64,000 nucleotides of DNA from NCBI GenBank assembly GCA_030950365.1, contig JAUZRQ010000072.1:64847-128846 (forward strand), read 5' to 3'. The DNA is from Candidatus Zhuqueibacterota bacterium (GTDB lineage: Bacteria > Zhuqueibacterota > Zhuqueibacteria > Zhuqueibacterales > Geothermadaptataceae). Numbering within the stretch: position 1 is the stretch's first letter; each line of letters begins with the position of its first letter. The notes under the pieces were generated by a model. The model was given only the letters and a program-made list of their open reading frames with translations. It was not told the DNA's origin and did not search any database. The translations under genes were made by a program, and so were the position numbers. Below, piece by piece: positions 7,139-15,243 of this stretch.

Positions 7139-9538
7139 ATGATGCGACAGTTGATATATTGCCTGCCACTGCTCTTCTTTGCCGCTGCGCCCGCTCTATC
7201 CCAGAGCCTGAATGACCACACCGAGTTGCTGGGCCGGTTTCAGCGCGCCGAGTCCACTCAATACTCCGACATCTGGGGGTATGCGGCCGATGGCCGGGAG
7301 TACGCGCTCATCGGCAACTACGAAGGCCTCAGTATTGTGGACGTCACCGATCCGGCCAACGCCACCGAGGTGGATTTCATCCCGGGGCCGAAATCCATCT
7401 GGCGGGACATAAAAACCTATTCGCACTACGCCTATGTGGTGCACGATGCCAACGACGACAACCATCCCGAGCCGGGTGTGCAAATTATCGATCTGGCCGC
7501 CCTGCCGGTTTCGGCGCGGCTGGTGGCCACCTATCGCACCAACATGGGCGATGGCACGGCCCACAATCTGTACATCGACGGCCGGTTTGCCTACATCGCC
7601 GGCAATCATGACATCCCCGGCGCCATCATTCTCGATCTGACTGATCCCGAAAACCCGAAGCAGGTCGGCGCCTGGACGGATACCTACTGGCACGATGTGG
7701 TGGCCTTGCGCGACACGCTTTACGGCTCGGCCATCGCGGACGGCGCCATTGAAATCGTTGATGCCACAAACAAAAGCCAGCTCAAGCTGATTGCCCGTAA
7801 AACCTATTCCAATGCGGTCACTCACAATGCCTGGATGACAGGGGACAACCGCTATTTATCACAAACCGATGAGGCCAGTGGCCTGCCGGTAAATTTCTGG
7901 GATTTGAGCGATCCCACCGATCCGCGGCTGGTGGCCCGGTACGCCATGCCATCGCCGGCGATCGCCCACAACACGCACATCCGCGGCGATTATGTGTTCC
8001 TCAGCTATTACTGCGATGGACTGAGGATTCTCGATATTTCTCAGCGCCGCGCGCCGGTGGAGGTGGGCTACTACGACTCCTACCCCGACGATCAGTTCCG
8101 CCACGATTGCGGATTTGAAGGTGCCTGGGGCGTCTTCCCGTTTTTGCCTTCCGGCCGGATCCTGATATCCGATATTACCTACGGCTTGTTCGTGGTGCGG
8201 TTCGACAGCCTGCGTGCGGGACACATCCGCGGCACCATCCGCGATCGCGATACCGGTACGCCGCTGGCCGGGGTGCACATCAAGCTGCTGAATCCGGAGC
8301 CGAACGAGGGCCTCACGGATGTTGTGGTGCCAGAGGACGGCTCGTATGTAATGGGGGCAAAACCGGGATTGCGCCGGTTTCGGTTTTCCAAATTTGGCTA
8401 TCATGACCGCGTGGTGGATGTGAATCTGGTATCGGGGATGGTTTTGCCGCAGGATGTGGAACTGGAGCCACTGCCGCGCGTGGCTCTGACGGTGCAGGTG
8501 GTGGATGGCAGTGGCGCTGGCATCCCCGACGCGCGTGTGGTTGTCCGTTCGGGAGCATTCCGCACCAGCGGATCGACCGACGCGAGCGGTCGCCTTGAAT
8601 TTGACCTGCCCGAAACCACGTATGATATTTCACTGATCCAGTGGGGCTGGCTGCGTGTGGAGCGACAGGCGAGCCTTTTGGCCCCTGAAGCGCAATTGAC
8701 GCTGGGAACGCAACCGGGTTATGTGGAAACCTTCACCGAAGCGGAGCCGTGGTTATTGAGCGCGGCGGGCGACGATTCGCGCTTTAGCTGGTTCATTGGC
8801 AATCCGGACGACCGGCCGTTCGGGCCGCGATTGCCGGGGCAGGATCACACCGGCGATGCGGACGGATTGGCCGTACTCAGCCGGGCGCGTTTCGGCCGCA
8901 CCACCCTGACCTCGCCGCCATTCGATGCCACCCGGCTGGAAAAACCGGTCCTGCAATTCGCGCGGTTTTACAATCCGTACCGCTGGGCCAGCATTCAGGC
9001 GAACGATACGCTTCAAGTGTTGTTGTCCAATGATGACGGTCAGAACTGGGTCAAAGTAGCCGCTTACACCGGCATCGATCACGAATGGCAGGTGCTGCAC
9101 TATGCCATCGCCGATTACCTCACACCCACGGCCGCCATGCGCGTGCGGTTCGTGAATATCGAGGGGCCGGATGCGGGCAGCTTTCGCGGCTCGTCCTTTT
9201 GCATGCTGGATGACATCCAGATCGTGCCGGAGGCGGTGCTGACGTCGGTCGCTGCTTCCAGAGCGAGGCCGGATCGGCTGGAACTGCTGCCCAATTATCC
9301 CAATCCGTTCAATCCGGTCACCATGGTGGCGTGGAATCAGCCGCAAACGGGAGAGGTGGAGTTGATCGTGCATAACCTGCTTGGTCAACGGGTACTGCGC
9401 CTTAACCTTGGCCGCCGGCAGGCGGGATACCACCGGTTCACGCTGAATATGAGAAATCAGCCTTCGGGGGTCTATTTCTACGCGCTGCGCATCGGTGGAA
9501 TGGAATCGGGCAAACGCAAAATGGTGCTATTGCGATAA
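7139..9538 (+). CDS. Choice-of-anchor-B / LVIVD-repeat propeller protein with T9SS C-terminal sorting domain
   Basis: Signal peptide MMRQLIYCLPLLFFAAAPALSQ. SDIWGYAADGREYALIGNYEGLSIVDVTDPANATEV is typical of choice-of-anchor B. Two CarboxypepD_reg-like repeats (RGTIRDRDTGTPLAGVHIKL; LTVQVVDGSGAGIPDARVVV). C-terminus LLPNYPNPFNPVTMVAW...GVYFYALRIGG...KMVLLR is a T9SS type-A CTD. Confidence 0.8.
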   Translation: MMRQLIYCLPLLFFAAAPALSQSLNDHTELLGRFQRAESTQYSDIWGYAADGREYALIGNYEGLSIVDVTDPANATEVDFIPGPKSIWRDIKTYSHYAYVVHDANDDNHPEPGVQIIDLAALPVSARLVATYRTNMGDGTAHNLYIDGRFAYIAGNHDIPGAIILDLTDPENPKQVGAWTDTYWHDVVALRDTLYGSAIADGAIEIVDATNKSQLKLIARKTYSNAVTHNAWMTGDNRYLSQTDEASGLPVNFWDLSDPTDPRLVARYAMPSPAIAHNTHIRGDYVFLSYYCDGLRILDISQRRAPVEVGYYDSYPDDQFRHDCGFEGAWGVFPFLPSGRILISDITYGLFVVRFDSLRAGHIRGTIRDRDTGTPLAGVHIKLLNPEPNEGLTDVVVPEDGSYVMGAKPGLRRFRFSKFGYHDRVVDVNLVSGMVLPQDVELEPLPRVALTVQVVDGSGAGIPDARVVVRSGAFRTSGSTDASGRLEFDLPETTYDISLIQWGWLRVERQASLLAPEAQLTLGTQPGYVETFTEAEPWLLSAAGDDSRFSWFIGNPDDRPFGPRLPGQDHTGDADGLAVLSRARFGRTTLTSPPFDATRLEKPVLQFARFYNPYRWASIQANDTLQVLLSNDDGQNWVKVAAYTGIDHEWQVLHYAIADYLTPTAAMRVRFVNIEGPDAGSFRGSSFCMLDDIQIVPEAVLTSVAASRARPDRLELLPNYPNPFNPVTMVAWNQPQTGEVELIVHNLLGQRVLRLNLGRRQAGYHRFTLNMRNQPSGVYFYALRIGGMESGKRKMVLLR

Positions 9539-9569
9539 AAAAACCCTGCCTGGGACGGCCCCGGCAGGG
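9536..9569 (-). terminator. Intrinsic terminator between convergent genes (better U-tract for minus-strand pruA)
   Basis: Hairpin CCCTGCCTGGG-ACGG-CCCCGGCAGGG. The A8 run at 9536-9543 is a T-run on the minus strand. Confidence 0.55.
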
Positions 9570-9593
9570 CTGATTGGATTCCTCGAGTGCAAA

Positions 9594-11141
9594 TTACAGT
9601 ATTTCGGAAACGGATTTGGCCTGCAGGAACAGCAGCAGGTAATCGCGGCCGCCGGCTTTGCTGTCGGTGCCGGACATGTTGAAGCCGCCGAACGGATGGC
9701 CGCCCACCAGCGCGCCGGTGCACTTGCGGTTCATGTAGAGATTGCCGACATGGAATTCCTCTTTGGCGCGGGCCAGTTTAGCGCGGTTCTGTGAGTACAC
9801 CGAGCCGGTCAGGCCGTAAATGGTGCTGTTGGCGATGCGCAGGGCGTCGTCGAAATCTCGGGCCTTGATGACCGCCAGCACCGGACCGAAAATTTCTTCC
9901 TGCGCGATGCGCGCATCCGGCGCCACGTCTTTGAAAATCGTCGGCTGGATAAAATAGCCGTTGCCGTCGGCGTGCTCGCCTCCGAGGATGAGCTTACCCT
10001 CTTTGTGGCCGATCTCGATGTAGCTCATGATTTTTTCCACCGCGGCTTGATTGATCACCGCGCCCATGTAATTCTTCTGATCTTTTACCGGCCCGACGGT
10101 GATCTGCCTGGCGCGCTCTACGAGCCGCTCCACGAACGTATCGTAAATTTTTTCATCCACGATCACGCGCGAGCAGGCCGAGCACTTCTGCCCCTGAAAA
10201 CCAAAAGCTGACGATACCGTGCCTTCCACGGCCTTGGCCAGATCGGCTTCGCTGTCCACGATGATGGCATCCTTGCCGCCCATTTCGGCCACCACGCGCT
10301 TGATCCAGATCTGGCCCTTCTGCGGTTTGGCCGCCAGCTCGTTGATCCGCAGGCCGACTTCCATGGAGCCGGTGAATGAAATAAACCGGGTTTTCGGATG
10401 CGTGACCATGTAATCGCCGATTTCGCCGCCGCTGCCCGGAATGAAATTGAGCACGCCCGCGGGCAGGCCAGCTTCCTGCATGATCTCCAGCAGCCGGTAA
10501 CCCACTGCCGGGGTGTCAGTGGCCGGTTTCAGCAGCACGGTGTTGCCGGTGACGATGGCCGCGCTGGTCATGCCGGTGAGGATGGCCATTGGAAAGTTCC
10601 ATGGCGGCAAAATTACGCCGACGCCAAGCGGAATGTACACCAGCTCGTTGAACTCGCCGGGCACGGGCGTCACGGGCTGGCGGTCGGAATAGCGCAGCAT
10701 TTCGCGGGCGTAGAATTCCAGAAAGTCAATGGCCTCGGCGGTGTCGGCATCGGCCTCCACCCAGTTTTTCGAGGCTTCCAGCACCATCCAGGCGTTGATT
10801 TCAAAACGCCGCCGCCGCATGATATTGGCCGCCTTCAGAAGCACAATGGCCCGCTCTTTCGGATCCACGCGTTTCCAGTCTTCAAAGGCGTTCAGCGCCG
10901 CCTCCATGGCCATGTCCACATGCTCCTTGCCGGCCTTGTGAAACGTGCCGACGACCTGATCTTTATTGCTGGGATTGTAGGTTTTGAATTGCCGATCCGA
11001 GGTGACATCCTTGCCATCGATGAACAGGGGATACACACGATCAAACTGCGATTCCACATACTCCAGGGCTTCCAGCATCTTTTGCCGATTTTCCTCTTTG
11101 GAAAAATCGGTCAATGGCTCGTTGCGGAATTCATCAACCAT
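9594..11141 (-). CDS. pruA: L-glutamate gamma-semialdehyde (1-pyrroline-5-carboxylate) dehydrogenase
   Basis: Full-length similarity pattern to RocA/PruA: NWVEADADTAEAIDFLEFYAREM, VILPPWNFPMAI, KRVVAEMGGKDAIIVD, FGFQGQKCSACSR, EFHVGNLYMNRKCTGALVGGHPFGGFNMSGTDSKAGG. The start is set at MVDEF (11141), after the GGAGGAG RBS. Confidence 0.9.
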   Translation of the reverse strand: MVDEFRNEPLTDFSKEENRQKMLEALEYVESQFDRVYPLFIDGKDVTSDRQFKTYNPSNKDQVVGTFHKAGKEHVDMAMEAALNAFEDWKRVDPKERAIVLLKAANIMRRRRFEINAWMVLEASKNWVEADADTAEAIDFLEFYAREMLRYSDRQPVTPVPGEFNELVYIPLGVGVILPPWNFPMAILTGMTSAAIVTGNTVLLKPATDTPAVGYRLLEIMQEAGLPAGVLNFIPGSGGEIGDYMVTHPKTRFISFTGSMEVGLRINELAAKPQKGQIWIKRVVAEMGGKDAIIVDSEADLAKAVEGTVSSAFGFQGQKCSACSRVIVDEKIYDTFVERLVERARQITVGPVKDQKNYMGAVINQAAVEKIMSYIEIGHKEGKLILGGEHADGNGYFIQPTIFKDVAPDARIAQEEIFGPVLAVIKARDFDDALRIANSTIYGLTGSVYSQNRAKLARAKEEFHVGNLYMNRKCTGALVGGHPFGGFNMSGTDSKAGGRDYLLLFLQAKSVSEIL

Positions 11142-11223
11142 TTCATCTCCTCCATATGGTTTGGGTCCATTGATAGGCAAATATATTTCAATCCAAAACA
11201 GATCCAAATTGGAATAGATTAAC

Positions 11224-11512
11224 CGTAACTATTCAGCATCGATCGGGCAACTGCCATTTTAAATAGTAGTGAAATGCCTTGCGAATGAAATTGGATATCG
11301 ACTCCAAAAAACCACAGATTTCACAGATTGGCACTGATTTCTGGGGGTGCCACAGATGCACCGGATTGAACGCGGATAGGCTCCCGAAAGCCTTGAAACG
11401 AGAAATTTGCTATTCCGAAATTCTCAAAAATAAACCTCAGCGACTTCAGCACCACTGCGAGAGTTTCGCTTTTCCGCCTTATGAATTTTTCACCATTCGC
11501 TGAATAGTTGCG
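11224..11512 (+). mobile_element. Family-B MITE, copy B1 (289 bp) with 14-bp terminal inverted repeats and 6-bp TSD
   Basis: Termini CGTAACTATTCAGC ... GCTGAATAGTTGCG. Flanked on both sides by ATTAAC (11218-11223 and 11513-11518). An inverted second copy lies at 44284-44570. No coding capacity. Confidence 0.85.
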
Positions 11513-11513
11513 A

Positions 11514-12443
11514 TTAACATTCGCTACCGCATTCATTAACAGAAACTTGCGCCCCTTTGGATTCGAGCTCCAGAATGCGGGTTTGAAACACCAGCTCGTG
11601 CCCGCTGGCCACCCCGGCCATGGCCGACTGCACAGCCTCCGCCGATTCCCGGCCGCACAGGGCCAGGATCGTGGAACCCGAGCCGCTGAGGAACGCCGCA
11701 CTGGCGCCCGCGTTGTAGGCCGCTTCGATCAGAGCATCAAACCCCGGGATGAATCGTTTGCGGTACGGCTGATGCAGCCGGTCTTCACTGGCCGCCCGCA
11801 GCAAAGGCAGCTCGCCTTTCTGCAGGGCAACCGTCCACAGCGCTACACGCTGCATGTTGAAAATGGCGGCCTGGCGCGGGATCTGCTCGGGCAAAATCCG
11901 CCGGGCCTCTTCGGTGGGAATGACCACCTCCGGAATCAGCGCCACGGCGCGCAGGTCCGGCGGCGGTTCAATTTTGACGGAAATCACCCGGCCGCCGTGA
12001 AGGCAATTGATGGTGAAGCCGCCGTTGAGCGAACTGGATACGTTTTCCGGATGTCCTTCCAATTCCGTGCCCCACTGTAGCAACAGATCGCCGGCCGAAT
12101 GGCTGCAAGCAACATCCGCCAGCACCAAGCCAGCCGCGATGGCCGCACCGCTGGAGCCCAGTCCGCGCTCCAACGGGATGGGATTGCGGATGTCTAGTGC
12201 CACCGGTCGCGGCTCCTGGCCGAGTTGCTGGCAGCCGTACGCATAGCTGCGGTACACCAGATTGCGTTCATCGGTGGGAATGCGGGCCGCTCCCTCGCCG
12301 GAATAGCGGATTCGCACGGCATCGGTGTTAAAATCAGCCGCAACCGACATGCGCAACGACAGCGCTAGACCGAGCGTGTCAAAACCGGAACCGAGATTGG
12401 ACGTCGACGCCGGAACCGTGATGTGGACTCTACCTTGATGCAT
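11514..12443 (-). CDS. thrB: Homoserine kinase
   Basis: VPASTSNLGSGFDTLGLAL and the GHMP motif PLERGLGSSGAAIAAG. 309 aa. Confidence 0.9.
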   Translation of the reverse strand: MHQGRVHITVPASTSNLGSGFDTLGLALSLRMSVAADFNTDAVRIRYSGEGAARIPTDERNLVYRSYAYGCQQLGQEPRPVALDIRNPIPLERGLGSSGAAIAAGLVLADVACSHSAGDLLLQWGTELEGHPENVSSSLNGGFTINCLHGGRVISVKIEPPPDLRAVALIPEVVIPTEEARRILPEQIPRQAAIFNMQRVALWTVALQKGELPLLRAASEDRLHQPYRKRFIPGFDALIEAAYNAGASAAFLSGSGSTILALCGRESAEAVQSAMAGVASGHELVFQTRILELESKGAQVSVNECGSEC

Positions 12444-12458
12444 GTTGCGTTGGAATGG

Positions 12459-13040
12459 CTACTTGGATTTTAGGCCGCGGCTGCCGGGTTTGTCAAGCGG
12501 CACGGCGTCGCGACACATGGGGCAGTTCTCGGGATCGAAGGTGCGTACTGCGAGCCGGACCGCCGGCTCGAACGGCACGCCGAAATCGACCCGGCCGCCG
12601 CTGCGATCGACAATGGCGAACACGCCGGCGACCTCACCGCCCAGCTCGCGCACCAGCGCGATCACCTCCTTCACCGAGCCGCCGGTGGTGACCACATCTT
12701 CGGTCACCAGCAGTCGCTCGCCCGGCTGGATGCGGAATCCCCGGCGCAGGCTCATTATTCCGTTCTGACGCTCGGTGAACAAATTGCGCACGCCGAACTG
12801 CCTGGCCAGCTCGTAGGCTACGATGATGCCGCCTACGGCGGGAGCGATCACCGCATCGAGGCGCTGGCCGGCGAACCGGCTTTTGCCGATGGCGCAAAGT
12901 CGCTCTGCATGCTGCGGATGCTGCAGCACCAGCGCGCACTGAAAATAGGTGTCGCTGTGCAGACCGGAGGTCAGGCCAAAGTGTCCCTTTTGCAGCGCCC
13001 CGGTGTGTTCGAAAATCTGTAGAATCTGTTCCTGAGTCAT
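12459..13040 (-). CDS. pyrE: Orotate phosphoribosyltransferase
   Basis: GHFGLTSGLHSDTYFQCALVLQ and the PRPP-binding loop LLVTEDVVTTGGS. 193 aa. Confidence 0.9.
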   Translation of the reverse strand: MTQEQILQIFEHTGALQKGHFGLTSGLHSDTYFQCALVLQHPQHAERLCAIGKSRFAGQRLDAVIAPAVGGIIVAYELARQFGVRNLFTERQNGIMSLRRGFRIQPGERLLVTEDVVTTGGSVKEVIALVRELGGEVAGVFAIVDRSGGRVDFGVPFEPAVRLAVRTFDPENCPMCRDAVPLDKPGSRGLKSK

Positions 13041-13069
13041 GGATGTATTTCAACGTGTCGGATAATGAA

Positions 13070-13867
13070 CTACAAATAAGCCTGCATCTGGTCCCGAACG
13101 GTTTCGGCGGCTCTGGCCGCCGCCTCGGCGAAATCGGTACCGTCACTGGCATAGATGATAGATCGGGAAATCGGCACCAGAATGTTGCGGTGGGGCACGG
13201 CCTGCATGGCCGCGTTTAGCGAACCGCCCTGCGCGCCCACGCCTGGCATCAATAGCGGCAAATCAGGCACGGTTTCGCACAGCACACGCAACTGATCCGG
13301 CTTTGTGGCCCCGGCCACCAGTCCGCAATTTTTATGCACATTGACGTCCTGTACGCGGCGCGCAATGTGCAGGAACAGCGGCTGATCGCCGCCGGGATAA
13401 TCCTGAATTTCCCGCGCACCGGGATTCGATGTCAGGCAGAGAACAAAAAGCCCTTTCTGCGGATAATTGAGAAAGGGCTCAATGGCGTCAAAACCAAGAT
13501 ATGGGCTCACCGTGACCGCATCGAAATTCAGGTGCTCCAGAATGGCCCTGGCATAGTGCCGGGCGCTGTTGCCGATGTCTCCCCGCTTGGCATCGGCCAC
13601 GGTCAGGCAATCCGCCGGCACGCTGCGACGGAGCCGGGTCAGGGTTTCCCAGCCAGCCGCCCCAAAGGCTTCGAAAAAAGCAAAGTTGAATTTGAAGGCG
13701 ATGCAATACGGCGCGGTCGCTTTAATGATACTGTGGCAAAATGTGTACAGGAACTTGTCCTGGCGGCGAATTTCGGCGGGGATTCTCTCGTAATCCGGAT
13801 CGATGCCGACGCACAAAAAACTGTTTTTCCGAGTTTTGAGATCTTCGAGCTTTTCGAAAAATGTCAA
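13070..13867 (-). CDS. pyrF: Orotidine 5'-phosphate decarboxylase (type 2)
   Basis: LCVGIDPD, ADAKRGDIGNSARHYA and MPGVGAQGG motifs. The ORF reaches 13897 (TTG), but the TTG at 13867 follows a GGAGGG RBS at good spacing. Confidence 0.85.
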   Translation of the reverse strand: MTFFEKLEDLKTRKNSFLCVGIDPDYERIPAEIRRQDKFLYTFCHSIIKATAPYCIAFKFNFAFFEAFGAAGWETLTRLRRSVPADCLTVADAKRGDIGNSARHYARAILEHLNFDAVTVSPYLGFDAIEPFLNYPQKGLFVLCLTSNPGAREIQDYPGGDQPLFLHIARRVQDVNVHKNCGLVAGATKPDQLRVLCETVPDLPLLMPGVGAQGGSLNAAMQAVPHRNILVPISRSIIYASDGTDFAEAAARAAETVRDQMQAYL

Positions 13868-14010
13868 ATTCGTCCCTCCGATTTTTGACCTGTGCAAAAA
13901 TACGGCATCGGCGCAAAATAATCAATAAAAATCCATTGCGGGGAGAAAATGCACTCGCCCGGTGGGAAGGACAGTCCAATTTGCTATGTCAGGTCATCTA
14001 GCCTGGCAAA

Positions 14011-14640
14011 TTATGCCGGTGGCGCCGGCGCAGAAACCGCCTTTTGGCACAGTTTGAGATATTCGGCGAGGAGCCCTTTTTGCAGCGGCGATCCGGAATG
14101 CTTCAGCGCCTCGAGCACGATATAAAACCACCACCGTTCTTCGCGCGACAGGTTGGCCGCAATATCCGAAAAGGCGCGGCGCAAGTGCATTTGCTGAATT
14201 TGCCGCTGCTTGAGACTACGGGCCGCATGCGGCGATTCCACCTTTCTGAGCCGGGACAGAAAATAGCGGGCTGGCAGCTCCGGTTTCGATTCCTCGGGCT
14301 GTGGCTGCGGAGGTTCTGCAATGGTGAATTCGGAATACACCGCGCTGAATTCAAAGGCCAGGTCGGTTTTGTCGGGGAGCACGGACGGTTGCTTGCGGCG
14401 AAGAATGCCCTGTGCCAGGATGGGGCGGCTGGAAATCCGCGGATAGATCAGCAGTCGTTCGACGAAATCGTTGACATTCAGCGCCCGCGCCGCCGAATTT
14501 GCCAGCGAGCATTTGACCCCGCCGGCGCTCAAATCCACCAGGCGGCCGGAAATGGTGCGCCCGCGGGCATCGACCAGCTCGATTTTGCCCTGCCGGGCGG
14601 ATGAAAAGTAAATCCGGTAATGACGTCTGCGATTGTCCAT
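14011..14640 (-). CDS. PilZ domain protein
   Basis: The N-terminus carries RRHYR (RxxxR) and DLSAGG (D/NxSxxG), the c-di-GMP-binding motifs. The C-terminal ~100 aa are unassigned. Confidence 0.75.
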   Translation of the reverse strand: MDNRRRHYRIYFSSARQGKIELVDARGRTISGRLVDLSAGGVKCSLANSAARALNVNDFVERLLIYPRISSRPILAQGILRRKQPSVLPDKTDLAFEFSAVYSEFTIAEPPQPQPEESKPELPARYFLSRLRKVESPHAARSLKQRQIQQMHLRRAFSDIAANLSREERWWFYIVLEALKHSGSPLQKGLLAEYLKLCQKAVSAPAPPA

Positions 14641-15243
14641 AATGCGCTCCCTGATGTTGTTCCTCGACCCAGGATGGTCTAAACTTGTTCTGGGATTGCG
14701 GGTGATTCATGCCTGATGCAATCGGGGGCGTAGGCAAGCAGGCGCTTTCCTCAAAACGCGACTGCGGAATCCATCATCCTACGGATTGGGAAGATCGTCG
14801 GGCGTACTTTATTTACATCGATAGGAAGTGAAAATGCATGAATCACAGTGATAAGAGCATTTACGCAACTTCAGAATATAATGCAAATGAAAGTTTTATA
14901 ACAAGTGGCTTTTTTGTGCATATTCCTCTCTTTCCCAAGTTTAACTTGGGAAGGAGAGGGAAGGAGGTCTAAATGGAGGCAATCATTGCAAAAAATTCAA
15001 ATTTTAAACAGGGAAAAGTCTTTACATTTTTACAATGGGTTTTAAATTGAAAATGAAGGATTATCTGAACAAATTCATGGCTTGTGATCGTGCGGGAGGA
15101 CATTGCCTTTTGTGCCGCGATGTGCTGACAGGTTTAATCAAGAGCAACCCACACGCGACAGACGAAAAGTAACCGCATGCCATGTGGGGAGGCATAGCTG
15201 ATTTTATGAAGTGAATGTTCATTCAAAAGCTGGTGTAAGGGAA

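Noticed and set aside
11279-11503. Short ORFs inside the repeats: 11279-11503, 11321-11701, 44262-44582 and 346-759.
   Set aside because: They lie within MITE-like elements present in both orientations, and their reading frames are not conserved between copies.
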